From Octopus vulgaris (lineage: Eukaryota): a stretch of DNA of 64,000 bases. A program made the position numbers and the translations under genes. The DNA lies in NCBI GenBank assembly GCA_951406725.2, contig OX597817.1, forward strand, positions 105,276,001 through 105,340,000, in the 5' to 3' direction. The notes under the pieces were generated by a model. The model had not been told where the DNA came from and did no database searches. It worked only from the letters and a program-made list of their open reading frames with translations. The first letter of the stretch is position 1. Each line of letters starts with the position of its first letter. Below, piece after piece: positions 29,448 through 43,500 of the stretch.

Positions 29448-30489
29448 AAAAAATGAAGTTCGAAAATGCTGCTGTATTATACACTTTTTAATTTTTATAT
29501 ATATACATTATAACATGTTTCAGTTCCTGAAATGAACTTTATCAAAAAAAGTTATATATAAAAAAAGACAGCTCATGCCGTCAAACACAAGAAATTCATT
29601 TATAATACACAACGGAGTCAGACATCTTAGAGTTCATGTATAGTTGATATATAGTTCATGTATAGTTGATATATAGTTTGAAGTATATGTTCAAAGTGTT
29701 CGATGCAGTGGCCCACGGTGGCGATACGTATTCAATACAAAAAACAGATCAAAGTGGTGGAAAGCGGTCAATACAGAAGATTGATGTTTCCGAAAGAGCG
29801 AGGAATTCATTTTTACCTTAAGCAAATGTGATGACTCATGGTGGATGTTCGCTGGGTGGTTCTAATGAGTTTTTGTGAAGTGTTCGGTTTTATAATGCCT
29901 GTTAGGTGGTCAATTCAGCGTAGCGTGACGTCATCAACGTTTTGACCAATCGTTTCGTTAGGTGGCTTTAGTCAAGTAGAACGGGACGTCATCATTATTT
30001 TGACCAATCGCTGCATTATAACTGCCTCTTGTTTGTTTTCCTGTTTTGACCAGTCGCTTCGTTAGTCAAGTAGAACGGGACGTCATCATTATTTTGACCA
30101 ATCGCTGCATTATAACTGCCTCTTGTTTGTTTCCTGTCCTGACCAGTCGCTTCGTTAGTCAAGCAGAACGGGACGTCATGCAGATTCTGCCCAATCACGA
30201 CTTATAGCTACATTGGATCTGCCCCCTGTCTGTACTTGTTAGGTGACTATTCAAGCAGAAAAGGACGTCATCAATATTCTGACTAATGACTGTCCCCTGT
30301 TTGTATCCTGTCCATTCTAGCTGAGCTAGACGTCATCAACTTGTTGACCAATCAGAATCGGGTCTGACCCTTAGCTGTATAGTATGTATCAGGGTCAGAT
30401 TTGCACGAAATAATTTTTTTCCCTTTTTTACTTAGGTATATTTCCGTCAGAGTGAGTGTCTGTTTGAAGTAGCGGTCGTGGTGGAATTC
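29444..30489 (-). mobile_element. Solo 3' UTR/pseudo-LTR of the 58.45-63.67 kb PLE family
   Basis: Near-identical to 58451-59400, with one extra ~94-bp internal repeat. (TA)n on the left and a short TA run on the right. Confidence 0.92.
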
Positions 30490-30639
30490 TTGCTTATATA
30501 TATAAAAGCATTCGATGAGAAATACGTTAAGAATATAGAAGAATCATGATATCATAACAGAGTACGTTCTTACCACAAAAGAGGTTGACAACTGTTTGAG
30601 GGAGGGGAGTGGAATGAGTGGTTACTGGGAGCAAGAAGG

Positions 30640-31080
30640 ACACTGCCTCTTATCTTATAGTCCATCATCATGAACATCTACTTAAGTATTGTTTACAGTG
30701 TGTCAGCTCTTTAGTGTAGGAACATTTCATTGTAAATTCCTTTTTCAATAATTTCATGTTATATACACGATTAGGTCTCCTATCAGCAAAAACTTGCAGA
30801 ACTTCCTCTATAAGTGCCAACCCTTTAGCAATGTTCTGTTAGCTTAGTTTAAGTGGAGTTGATAAATTTTCCGCACTGTCATCTATATTCTCAGCTTGCT
30901 CTTGTTCTTAACAGCTTGTAGAAAACTTGTAAAGTCACGAAGGCAGTCAGGCAATATATTTTTCTAAGCATCATTCAAAATTGAGGTTTTCAATTCATTC
31001 TATGTCTCAGCTACGTTTGTTGCAGTATCCATTATGTTGAATTTCTTCCTGAAGTCTGTAACTGTAGGTTTATCTTACTT
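30640..31080 (-). pseudogene. Tigger/pogo transposase C-terminal relic
   Basis: Minus-strand translation KPTVTDFRKKFNIMDTATNVAET*NELKTSILNDA*KNILPDCLRDFTSF resembles the post-DDE region of Tigger proteins. Confidence 0.55.
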
Positions 31081-31760
31081 TAAATTTAAATGGTAGTTAT
31101 TGTGTGTTCCACTAAATTAATTTTGTGCCAGTGATACTATTTAGATCGAATTGATCTAGTAAAAGTCTTCCACTGATTTACATGACCTTGAGTAGAGTAA
31201 AAGAAAATAATATATCTATATATTTACGCGCTAACTGACCATTGAGAAATCTTCAATGTAGCATATTGGGAATGCCATTAAAATAAATGCATCAAATATT
31301 TAGCTGTTCTAGATGCTTAATCTGTTAGTGTTTTATGAGATAGATTAAGTGGTAGATATTGGTCTCGGTGAGATTTGAATTCAGCGAGCCTGAAGAAATG
31401 CTGTAAGGCATTTCAACAACGCTCTAACTATTATGCAAACATTCCAGCTTAAATTAGTTGTTTATAACCAATTGGTTATAACATGTTTTAAAGGAATGAA
31501 ACAAATTGTTTTTAAAAGGACTCGCACAGAATTAATTGCCGTTAATCAAAATATTCTTTGAGAAATACATTTTGATATTTACATAAGTACATGAAAGTAA
31601 CATGGACAAGCTCACTTCTAATTTACTTAGTTCATAATTAAATATGATATTCAATAGGATTTTTACCTTTCAACATTAAATTTTTTGAAGTTACATGCAA
31701 TTAAAATTTTAAAAATTAAATAACAATTGTGTGTACCTTTTAAGTACATTACATGTGCAT

Positions 31761-33473
31761 TAGGTTGGAGCGAAAAATGCAACTTTCGAAATTGGTAACC
31801 AAGAAAAGATATTTTGTCGCGAATTAGGGTTAAAAGACAGGTATATAAATAACTTTGCGGTTAAATATGTTTTGTAGACTCCGCAACGCAATTGAAAATT
31901 TTAAACATCACTATTTTTGGTCGAATTTTGGATTTCACGGATTATTAGCAGAATTCAAAACAGTATATATAGTATCTTTAAGAGGTTGCATACCAAGTCT
32001 CAATACAATTAACTAATATCTTGAGGTTTCGCATTGACTATAAAGAGAACAGGAGTGTGACCTTCTCTCCAATGCCGCTGCAACGATCGTTGCGTGTGGA
32101 CGTGCGTCATACGCGTGTGAAATTCCCTGCTTTGTACCTTGACTTTACGCCATTGTATTAACATTAATGATCATGTTAAATTTAATGTTGTTTACAATAA
32201 CGCGTCATGATACTGAATGCCCAATATTTGGTATTCCATGTGCTCTTAGCAAGTGAGTTTTGCCAACTTACAACGACGTACTAAAATGCGTTTTATTTGA
32301 ACGAGAAAAAGAAAAGAATGTAAGATCCTTCAATTAAACAAATTGTCAAGATTGTAGCAGAAAAAATAAATTCTTCTTTGGCAAAAGGCACCCATCGCTT
32401 GTGTTACGATTGAGTCAGTTAAACCGAAAATCTTAAACTTTTGTCTAAAGTACCAAGCATTATTAAAATCTGAGAAAAATAGAAAAAAATGTGTCAAACA
32501 AATTGTAATGTATTTAAAAACAATACAACCAAAGATTTATTTAACATTTCCTGTGACAAGTGCAACTACTTTAAAAACTGCAGTTGTAGTAGAGGCAAAA
32601 AAGTACCTCAGAGAGAGCAAGATTTTTTACTGGATTAATAGACAAATCGAAAATTATCATTGGCAGTTTCTAAACAGAACGTTCAGAGGTTGATTAGAGA
32701 GTTTTTGCTATTTTGAACATAACAAACAATTAGCATTATGTCGTTTTAGGAATTTCCAAAACAACAAATCTTTGACTGTTCGATTCTTTATTTGAGAGTG
32801 AGATGCTAATTCTCATCTACGAAAAGAATTGATTGGCTTTATAACTGGAACGAAAAGAATTGATTGGCTTTATAACTGGAACGAAAAGAATTGATTGGCT
32901 TTATAACTGGAATGAAAAGGAATGTACTACAACGATTCGTATTATTTAGTTACATGGAATTATTTCGAATAAATTGGAGATGTTAATTATTTTTATCACC
33001 AAAATGTGTCAAGAATCAAAAATTGGTTTATACGTAATTTTATTTTAATGTGTGTGTAATCTAGACCTCATGTAACACGTATTCGCTGACCTAGTATTAA
33101 AAATAATGAAGGAAACAAAGTTAAAAAGTCTATTTATTTCACATAATTTCGAAATTTTAAGTTCGTTGCGGAGCTTGAAGATATAAATTTTAAAGCTTAA
33201 CATTTTAATACTCTTGTTTTTTTAAAAATTTCACAAAAGAAAATCAATTCGTAACACTGAAAGTAAAAATTAAATGAGGAACGGCAAACGTGTTATAAAT
33301 TGATTTTTTGCTCATTATTCAAAATTTTAAGTGGGCTGCGGAGCCTGGAGAATTAAATCTAAGCATGTCAGATTTTGACACGGTTGTTTCTAAAGGATTC
33401 TGCAATGAAAAATATATTCTTAAAAACATATTTCGAAAATTTGTGTAAAAAGTACCTTTTTCGCTCTACTCTA
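31761..33473. mobile_element. Non-autonomous hAT(m)-type DNA transposon with TIRs and 8-bp TSD
   Basis: Ends TAGGTTGGAGCGAAAA and TTTTCGCTCTACTCTA. TSD atgtgcat (31753-60) / atgtacat (33474-81). Subterminal ctccgcaac / tgcggagc motifs. Confidence 0.75.
32820..32912. repeat. 31-bp minisatellite, 3 copies
   Basis: cgaaaagaattgattggctttataactggaa repeated three times. Confidence 0.95.
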
Positions 33474-33879
33474 ATGTACATGACATGTTGAATGCAATGA
33501 ATACTATAAAAAAATATGAGTGGCTAATAATATTTTACTTGGCGATAAAAGAAATCATTGTTTTAATACATACACGCACATACAAAATGGAAGTGAATAC
33601 TAAACAAAAAGTGAAGTTTTGACCAATAAGTATTTAAAAATTCAAAAACATTAATAATATTTTTCTTAATAAACACATAGCCTTGTATCTCCTAGAAAAG
33701 ATGTAACCCTATGCTAAATTCTTGCCGCTTAGGTGCAAAACTGTTTCTTACAGTTTGTAACATATATACATAGATGGACTTAAGTATCAAAATATTTTCA
33801 GAGACGTTTAGAAATGTTCATATTTGAAATAAAGATTTGGAAAACGTTCCATGTCTTTAACAGCACACATATTTAATAA

Positions 33880-34093
33880 TCCTTTCTACCAAATGCACAG
33901 GCCTGAAAATTTTGCGAGAAGGGACTAGTCAATTACATCGACCCCAGTGTTTCACTGGTATTTAATTTATCAACCCCGAAAGGATAAAAGGCAAAGTCGA
34001 CCTCGGTGAAATTTGAACTCAGAACGTAATGACGGATAAAATGTCACTAAGCATTTTGCCCGGCATGCTATCGATTCTGCCAGCTCGCCGCCT
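33880..34093 (-). mobile_element. SINE family B with TSD
   Basis: Flanked by acaca(t/c)atttaataa at ~33865 and ~34095. Confidence 0.85.
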
Positions 34094-34346
34094 TACACAC
34101 ATTTAATAACACATATATCTAATAACGATAGTGATAAAATAATGATATACACACATACAGCCGAAAATCGTCCCTTCTATTTCTATTACTAAATATATCA
34201 AAATTCACACCGTCTCTTTTAGAGAATATGAAAATATGAAATTATTGAAGGACAACAGTGGGGAGATACACTCTACAGACTTTAAGAGATGAGGAATTAT
34301 GTACATTATTTACATTATTTACAGTTGACGGATATTTGTCCTCATC

Positions 34347-34382
34347 TTTCGGCTGATATACTCTCCAGCCTTCATCAGGTGT
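34347..34382 (-). ncRNA. Partial hammerhead (core and stem II; stem III and cleavage site missing)
   Basis: acac-CTGATGA-A-GGCTG-gagagtatat-CAGCC-GAAA, then unrelated sequence. Confidence 0.55.
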
Positions 34383-34447
34383 CTTGGAGAAATTTCGAAC
34401 CTGGGTTCTCATTCCTAAGGTATTTTTCGATGTTATTATTATTATTA

Positions 34448-34500
<53 letters not shown>

Positions 34501-34503
<3 letters not shown>

Positions 34504-37500
34504 TAGTTTTATTTTTATAGCGTGCTTTCACTTCACTACCGAGCGCAGCTCTGTGTGCCTTAGGTATGTGCTGTAATTTGTTGTGATGCTCTGATGGTTA
34601 TTGTATGGAAAGTGTTCTGCGTAGGATGTGTGCAGTGCCTAGTAGTGCAATTTTCTGTATGTTATATGTGTTTGTAAGTCCTGGTGTTTTTTGTTATGTA
34701 TTTGTCTGAATATTTTTTTATCATGCCTAATGCACCTACTATGATAGGAATTGTTTCTGTTTTTAGATTCCACATTCTGGTTACCTCTATTTCCAGGTCT
34801 TTGTATTTTGAAAGTTTCTCCATTTCTTTTAGAGATACGTTGTCATCTGCCGGTATTGATACATCAATTAGAAAGCATTTTTTTCTTCATGATCTCTGAC
34901 AACTATATCTGGTCTGTTGGCCTTAATTTTCTATCTGTGTGTATCGGCATATCCCAGAGTATGGTTGCTTTCTCGTTTTCTGTGACCTTTTCTTGTGTGT
35001 GCCTATACCATCTTTTTTCTGTTGTTATTCCATAATATTGGCATAGCTTCCAGTGTATGTAGGTTCCAACTCTGTCATGTCTGTGAATAGATTCCTTCTT
35101 AGCCAGGACTGGGCAGCCAGAGATAATATGATTTATTGTTTCTTGTCCATCTCCACATATTCTGCAGTTACTTGTAATATTTCTTTTCATTACATGTTTT
35201 TGGTAATTTCTGGTGGGAAGGCTTTGGTCTTGTGCTGCAATTAAAAACCCCTCTGTCTCTGCTTTGAGTCCTGAGCTTCTCAACCATTGCTGGGATTTTT
35301 CTTTGTCTATTTCTTTTGCGATTTGTTTAGTCCAGTATTTACCATGAAGGGGCTTTTCTTGCCATCGTTTTAGCATGGTTCGTTGCTGTTCTATTTTTAG
35401 TTTGGATTTCATTTGTTTTATAGCTTTTGTTTTCTCTTCTTCTTCTTCTTCTTCTTTTTCTTCTTCTTCTTCTTCTTCTTCTTCTTCTTCTTCTTCTTCT
35501 TCTTCTTCTTCTTCTTCTTCTTCTTCTTCTTCTTCTTCTTCATATTTATTAGGTGGTATGATTTCTTGTTTGTATTTGTCAGCTTCCTTAAATACTGAGA
35601 ACAGTTTTTTGTTTTGCTCGTGTTTTGCCGCTATTTGTATCAGTTTTCCTTCCTTCTGAAGTAGATATTTTTTGCAGTCCTATGGTGGTTATTTTATAGT
35701 AGTTTTCCAGCTGTATAAGGCCTCTACACCTTCTATACGTTGTATATATAGTCTTTCTATGTCAGATTTTGGGTGATGCATCCTAGATCCTGTCATATTT
35801 CTCTTGTTTTCCTATCTATTTTGGTCAGTTCATTTAGTGTCCAGTTAAGGATATTGTAGCTGTAACTTATAACTGGGACAGCTAAAGTGTCTTGTTATCT
35901 TGTTTTTAGCATTGAGCTCTGTTTTTAGTATTGATCTAACTCGTCTATAATATTCTTTTTTATTTTCTCTTTCATTTGTGTGTGTTGTGTCTTATCTAGT
36001 TCATGGATTCCTAAGTATTTGTAAGTTTGGCTTTGGTCTAATTCTTTTATTTCATTGGTTTTATCTAGTGTGATGTTGCTACTCTTAACTAGCTTTCCTC
36101 TTTTCATGGTTACTTTGGCGCATTTTTCTAATCCAAATTTCATATCTATTTCTTTTGGTAAATCCATGAACTGTCTTTAATAGTGTTTCCAGCTGTTTGT
36201 CATTTGCAGCGTATAGTTGTAGGTCATCCATATATAAAAGGTGGCTGATCGTTTTGCCGTAACATTTATATCCGTATCCAGTTCTATTTAGCATATCAGA
36301 TAGAGGTGACAGTGCCAAGCAGAAAAGGAGTGGAGAGAGCGTGTCTCCCTGGAATATTCCTCTTCTAATGGGGATGGCTTTGGTTTTCATGAGTCCCTCT
36401 TTTGTTTGGAGCTGTAGCACTGTTTGCCATTTATTCATAGAGTGCCCTATGAATTTTATAATTGTTGGTGCTACTTTGTTAATGGCTAGTGTTTCGAGGA
36501 TCCATGTGTGGGGGATGCTATCAAACGCCTTTTTGTAGTCGATCCAGGCCATACTGAGACCTTTCTTCTTTCTGTGGCTGTCTTCAGTTATGGCTTTATT
36601 AATCATTAGTTGATCTTTACAGCCATATGAGCCTTTGCGGCATCCTTTCTGCTCTTCTGGAAACAGGTTGTTTTCGTCCTGGTGCTTGTTCAACCTTTGC
36701 GATATCACTGAAATAAGTGCCTTGTACATTGTAGGGAGACAGGTTATTGGTCTGTAGTTTTCTGGTTTTGCTGTCTCATTTGATTTGGGAATTAAGATGG
36801 TTTTCCTCTTCGTGAGCCATTCAGGCATTGTCTCTGGCTCTGCTAGTATGTTGTTAAAGTTTTCAGCCAGCTTTTTGTGCCAGTTTTCAGCCAGTTTTCA
36901 GCCAGCTTTTAGATATTTCAACCAGAAGTTGGGGATCTTGTCATGCTCATGTGCCTTTCAGTTGCTTAGTCTTTGCAGTGCCTGGGTGACCACTTCAGTT
37001 GTTATGGGGGTCCAAAGTTGTTCAGATGCTGAGTTTGTTGTTTTAATACTCCTTTTTTTGTTGTTGTTCGTTCGCCGACCATATTTCTCTCCAGAATTCT
37101 TCCACTTCTTCTGCCGTTGGTGCTGCAGTGATTTCTATTTTATTTTTGCCAAGTTCTTGGTAGAACTTTTTGGAGTTGGAGTTGAACTTTTTGTTTTGTT
37201 CAAAGAAGCGCTGGCGTTTCTCGTACCAGCGGATCCTTTGTGCTTTGGCAAGGATATCTTGCTTCAGCTTTTCTTTTATCTCAGGTAAATCTTTTTCTGT
37301 GATATTATATTTGCGGAGTATTTTTGTTTTCTTTTTGTTGCTCAGTAGCGTTGATTGTCTTCTGATTTCATTAAGAATCGACAGATCTTTTCTCATTTTT
37401 TGTATTTTGTTTTGGATGTTATTTATCCACAGGGTTTGTTTGGGTGGTGGTACTCCTGTTTGGATGGGTTTGAGTGAGTATCCAGCTTCTTTTGTAGCTG

Positions 37501-38424
37501 CAGTGGCTGCTGCGTATACTAAGTCATTTAGCTCAGTGATATCGCTTTTTGTTTCAGTGGCTATTAGTTCCGTGACGGTTAGGTTTATGTTGTTTATAAT
37601 TGGTGTTGTTGTTTCGTCTATTTTGATTTTTGGGAGGTATGGTCGGTGGTCCATTTTGAGCTCTGGAGTTTTTCAGTTCTTTGACTATTTTACTTTTTAT
37701 ATTATCATAATCATTAGGCTCCCCTTCGTTGTTTCCAGGTTTTAGATTTGTGTCGCTTTCTTTCTTATTTATATATTTGTTTGCCGTGTTTTGACTTGCT
37801 GTTTGTCGTGTATTATTATGCATCCTTACGGTCTGGGTTTGTTGTTTTTTATTTACATCGTGTTTGTTGGGAATGTTACGTTTGTCTTCGTGTTTTACTG
37901 TTTCAGTTTTTATATTATTGGGCATTGTTGTGTGGCTTCTATCTACATTTTCCTGGTGTATTTTTTCTTTAAGGTGTTCTATTTCTATTTCTGATATTTT
38001 TTTGCGTTGAGAATGTATCTTCGTACGTTATGGTTCATTGCTGTATCCAAGTCTATATTTTTGTTATTTTCTTTCCATATTTTATATGTATGTGTTGTTG
38101 TGTTTTCATTTTTTGGGTAGAGCATTGCTGTGAAGTATGCGTGTAGGATAGAAATGTATTCCTCACGTGTCCATTTATGTCTTTTGGGTTTTATTTGCGG
38201 GACATGAGGAACAACGTCCGGCCCATTATTTTGACGGTCGTCATTTTCGTAGGGTACCGGTCCGTTCATGTCTGTTGTCACATTGTTTTGCACGTGTAGT
38301 TTTTCGTACGTTTTGTGTTGTAAGTTTAAAGTACGTACCTCCCGATTGTTATTCTTGGGTTGAATAATATCGGTGGTATTTAATTTCTTCGTAGTTCCTT
38401 TGTACATGGTGTTTGGTGTCGGGG

Positions 38425-38425
<1 letters not shown>
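34501..38425 (-). mobile_element. Near full-length R4/Dong-clade non-LTR retrotransposon (RT + zinc knuckle + RLE), frameshifted, inserted in (TAA)n
   Basis: RHKWTREE, YRPITCLPT, WIDYKKAFDS, GIFQGDTLSPLLF, LLYMDD, CRIC..ETINHIISGC, RHD, ILWD. (ATT)n at 34433-34500 and 38426-38493. Confidence 0.92.
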
Positions 38426-38494
<69 letters not shown>

Positions 38495-38495
<1 letters not shown>

Positions 38496-38650
38496 GTGAG
38501 TTCAAATTCCGCCGAGGTCGACTTTGCCATTCATCCTTTCAGGTCGATAAATTAAGTACAAGTGAAACACTGGGGGGGGGGGGGTCGATGTAATCGACTA
38601 GTCCTCTCCCCCAAAATTTCAGACCTTGTGCCTTTAGTAGAAAGGATTAT
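38495..38650 (+). mobile_element. SINE family B (5'-truncated)
   Basis: gagttcaaattccgccgaggtcgactttgcc... Confidence 0.8.
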
Positions 38651-40284
38651 TTATGTCAAATTTCAGTTAATTGAAACTCCAACACAGCTTTTAACAATTT
38701 TTTAAAATTTTGTATTCTGAGTTCTCACTCATGGTTTTGTTCGGTTGGGTAAAGCATTATTCAGCAATGTTTATCTGTTCTAAATACAGATATAATCTCG
38801 ATTAATTAAAGTTCTCGTGCTGGCAACATATATATGTGAATACTTATTTCATTTATTTGATTTCACTAGTCAGTGCTTTTCAGATAGATCGTGTTTCGTC
38901 TTGTTTTGATACGCTAGAAAATAGTTAGGTGCAAACACTTCTGTGCAGAGAGACGCTTTGAAGACAGGACATATAAAGGTTATATGTAATCTTGATCTAC
39001 ATTAAGTTTTCGAACAGTCATTGTCATATATACATCACGCGTGTTAAATTCAAATATCTACACATTATGAATGCACCGAATTGAAATGCTTCTCAAATTG
39101 CTAGAAATAAGTATTCCGGGTTATTTGCATACTTTCTCAGCGTATTGTATCTAACCTTAAAGTTATTTTCGTAATTATCTACCTACCAAACAATCTGTCT
39201 GTCTGCTTATTTATCTATCTGATATTGTAGATCAAGTTGGAGAAAGCAAAGCATTTAATGATAGTGGGACTCAACTGATTTAGTAGAGTAAAATTTGTTA
39301 GACACTGAGACTTCGAGTTTAGCTTTATCAGCTCGTTCATGTGTGTGTGTGTGTGTGTGTATACATGCATTTATATAAGTAGGTATATGTGTATGTATGG
39401 GGTCACTTTTGAGGTCTTTCATGAGTGTTACTGGTAACATGGAAGCCAGTACAACTTGTTACATGGTCGGGTCGTTGGAGACTCAACCGACACCCCCACT
39501 GGGCTTGGCTAGTGAGGAGGGTTGTCATAAAAGCCAGCAGGACTAAAAGCAAAACCTGTCAAAAGAACAGATGAACCTAGTATAGGTTCAACAACTGTCT
39601 AGTAATATCACGGATCCTCAGAGATTCCGGGTTGGGAGTGAGGCACCTTTCGATTCTTGTTAAAGTGTGTCTCTAGGAGAAGGTCTCTCGAATATAAAAC
39701 CAGATGTCCAGGAAATGTCACTGAATATTTTGCCTGCATTTGAAATCATAGCATTCCCACATTCCGGAGCCAGCAACCCATATTATATTTGCCCCGACTT
39801 CTCTCTTGATCATGTCAATAGCGGGTTGGGTCTATTAGGTGTTGTGCAAACGTTGTTGGACTAAATATTTTATCTTGTGCAGTTGCCAGCGAGGCGATTT
39901 TCCGATGGCCGGTCGAGTTGGAGGGCGCCATGGCGAGCATTGGAAGCTGCGGGCATGAAGTCGGGCAAAGCCTACTGCGGGTGCAGTAACCTCATGCACA
40001 GGCATTGCTGGCATTTGGCATGGAGAACCGTCAGTGGTGGCCTTCTTTGGTCACGAGTGGACAACCATCATCACAAATGTATGTATGTATGCATGTATGT
40101 ATGTATGTATGTATGTATGTATGTATGTATGTATGTATGTATGTATGTATGTATGCATGTATGTATGTATTTATGAATACAACCGGACTGAATATTCATC
40201 TGAAAGGTCATGGACGGAAAGTCAAAAATGTTTTTGACAACGGAGACACACATAGAGGCGGTAATAATTTGTGAAGATAGAGCA

Positions 40285-40369
<85 letters not shown>

Positions 40370-40541
40370 GCTCTAGCTAGCTAGCTATTTGTATACATAC
40401 ACATATACACACACCCACCTACATAAATACACTCATACACACATACATACATTCATACATAGATGCATACATGCATACACACACACAAACAAACATATAT
40501 ACATACACACACATACATTCCAACATACATACATACATACA

Positions 40542-40573
<32 letters not shown>

Positions 40574-40870
40574 CAGACCCTGTATATACCCACACAAACA
40601 CACATGCACACATGCATTATGGCATGTCTCCATGAACGTATTGTTTGTATGCATGTATTTCTTGATTTTCGAAAATATTTTAAAGCTAAAGTAACTGGAA
40701 AAAGCACGCAGAAACCTTGATTTCGAGGCAGTTAGATCACATACTTCTTTGGTTATAGCTGCCTGAATTCAACATGCCTGATGTCTACACGTCAATAGCT
40801 ATTCGAAAAACTTTATTTAGAACAAAACTAAATATAACTTATATGTATAAATAGGAAGTGGAATGTGACC

Positions 40871-40923
<53 letters not shown>

Positions 40924-40989
40924 TCAGGCGATAATCTAGTATTTCTGCGTCGGCAAGACTTGAAAAAATATAGAAAAAGTAGAAGGGGT

Positions 40990-43500
40990 ATAGTGAACTT
41001 GATATTCTAATTCCATTTTCGCTATTGCAGCCATTTGAACTTTATTGGACGCTGTCTGCGCCATTTGAACGTCATACCATCTGGCTTCAACCTGAATTTC
41101 CATCCTTCCTTATGACAGCACAACTCTACTCAATATCCTCTGAACATCATCAACATTCTCACTTCTACTTCTAAACAATTTATGAGAGCCACCACCTGCA
41201 CCCTCTGCGCCCAGCGCGACCATGTCACACAAGAAATCACCCCCTACAGTTTTCTACTCACCTCTCTTTGCTCGACCACACAACTTCAGGCCATACTCCT
41301 TCAGACACGCCACCTCAATAGCAAACTGTACTACTTCCTTGTTGCACAAAAGACACGCAAAATTCACTCACTCATCCCCCACGGTCCCACTTCTCCTGCC
41401 TCGCTCAACACCTCCACCGTTTATACCATCCCGAGCGATTTACCTCTCACTCGTGCCGAACGAGCTTTACTTAGCAGAGGTCTTAATTTCATTCCTCTCA
41501 AAAACGCGCCCAGTGAATTCGACGCACGCGCCGATACAGAAAGTTTCCTCCGTCAGATCCAACTCAGGGCATTTTTCTACAAAAGAAGCCCAGTTCCTGG
41601 ACACCAAACCTAGGATTACACCGTTCGGTAGATATATTCATTAATAAATGCCATTTCGACCTCGGTACTTTCACTTTCGATAGAAAACCAAGGATTTCGA
41701 ACCTTCCCCCCATCAGAACTGGACGCCCTCAAGAAGCTCCGCCAACGTAAGGACAGTGTTATTAAGCCAGCCAACAAAGGGGGCGCCATTGTTGTTTGGA
41801 GAGTCGATCTTTACAGAAAAGAAGCACTCCGCCAACTCAACGACCCCAGATACTACATGAAAATACCAAGAGATCTCACCAACCATTACCAGAGGAATGT
41901 TTCGATCACTGTATATCAGCTGATCTCTTCTGGTTCACTGCCACGCACTGCCGTCAACCTCATTGTCACAACACCCCCCAACTTCCACTAACTTTCGTCC
42001 CTAAAATACATAAACAAGATAAACCCGGACGCCCTGTTGTCTTTGCTTGCAATTGCCCCACAGAACTTTTATCTTCCTACCTCGACAAACTTTTATCCCC
42101 TCTCGTCGCTGCCCCACCTTCACATATCAAATACACTAACCATGCACTACACCTCTTTAACGCATTCTCTTTTCCACCTGGTGAATTCAAATTCCTTTTC
42201 CCCGTGGAAATTAAATCTTTGTACACAGTCATCCCTCACAATGACAGTCTACTAGCACTTAAACATTTCTTAGACCGTCGTTCTGTACCTGAACCCAGCA
42301 CTAATACACTCCTCCGCCTAGCTGAGCTCGTCTTAACACTCAACTGCTTTTCCTTTTCTGGTGAATTCTACAAACATTACAGCGGTGTTGCTGTAGGCAC
42401 CAGGATGGGCCCCAATTATGCCAATCTCTTTGTAAGTTATGTAGAGGAGCAAATTTTTGCTCACTTCTCTGGACCCATTCCAGAGCTTTATGCTCGTTAC
42501 ATTAACGACTGCATTGGCCCCACAACCCTTAACAGACAACAGATCAATGATTTTATTTCTTTCATTAATACCTTTCACCCGGCCTTGGAATTCACCTACA
42601 CCATATCTGATACTTCTGTTTGCCTTCTGGACAACTACGTCAAAATATACAATACCCACCTCTCCACCTCTGTCTACTACAAACCTGTCGACTCCTACTC
42701 CTACCTCCACTACTCTTCCTCTTACCCCAAACACATTGAGTCTGCCATACCTTTTTCTCAATTTCTTCACCTTCGACGACTTTGCAGCATAGATTCGGAT
42801 TCCGAATCCCATTGCAAAACAATGCAACAGTTTTTTCTAAATCGAGGGTATCCTCCTTCAGTTGTCGACCCGACACTCCATCGAGCCCGAGCCATCAACC
42901 TCACTGCAGCTTTCCTCCGATATTCACGCACTTCCGCCAACTGTATTCCACCCTCTCTCACCAACCTCCCTTCCATCCTCCCTCTAAAATACAAACTCAC
43001 CCACAACTTTCGTATTCTTCTTTATGACTTTCCCACACCGCCACTCCTGTCTTTTAAATAAGATAGGAGTCTTAGAAATTTCCTTGTTAGAAGCTTCCCA
43101 GCTCCCAGCTCCGCACAATCAGGAACCTTTAAATGTTCTCGCCCCTACATCAACAATATTACCACCATCACGGGGCCCAAGAAGCAATATCACATAATAC
43201 ACCACTTCTGTTGCACTTCGTCAAATCTCATATATTGTATCAGATGCAAACTCTGCGGTGCTCTTTACATTGGAGAAACAGGGCGATGCCTTGGGGATCG
43301 CTTACGCGAACACATCAGAGGCATAATGCTACGTATGCCAGGCCAACCTGTCGCCACCCAGCCACCCAGTTTAACCCTGTGAATAATTCTATTGCAGATT
43401 TATCAGTGTGTGGCATGACCTTGCACCACGGACCCTACTTCTCTTGGAAACGAAAGGAGCAACATCTCATATTTGATCTTGGCACTATGTCCCCGACATA
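40990..43500 (+). pseudogene. Degenerate Penelope-like element (RT + GIY-YIG), different family
   Basis: LLSRGLNFIP, PKIHK..PGRPVV, KSLYTVIPH, GVAVGTRMGPNYANLF, YYKPVDS, SSNLIYCIRCKLC..YIGETGR. Multiple frameshifts. (TA)n just upstream. Confidence 0.88.

Noticed and set aside
32820-32912. 31-bp repeats as CRISPR
   Set aside because: Head-to-tail copies with no spacers.
36785-37745. Plus-strand ORFs of 167 and 191 aa, and similar antisense ORFs over the PLEs
   Set aside because: Shadows of A-rich retroelement ORFs on the opposite strand.
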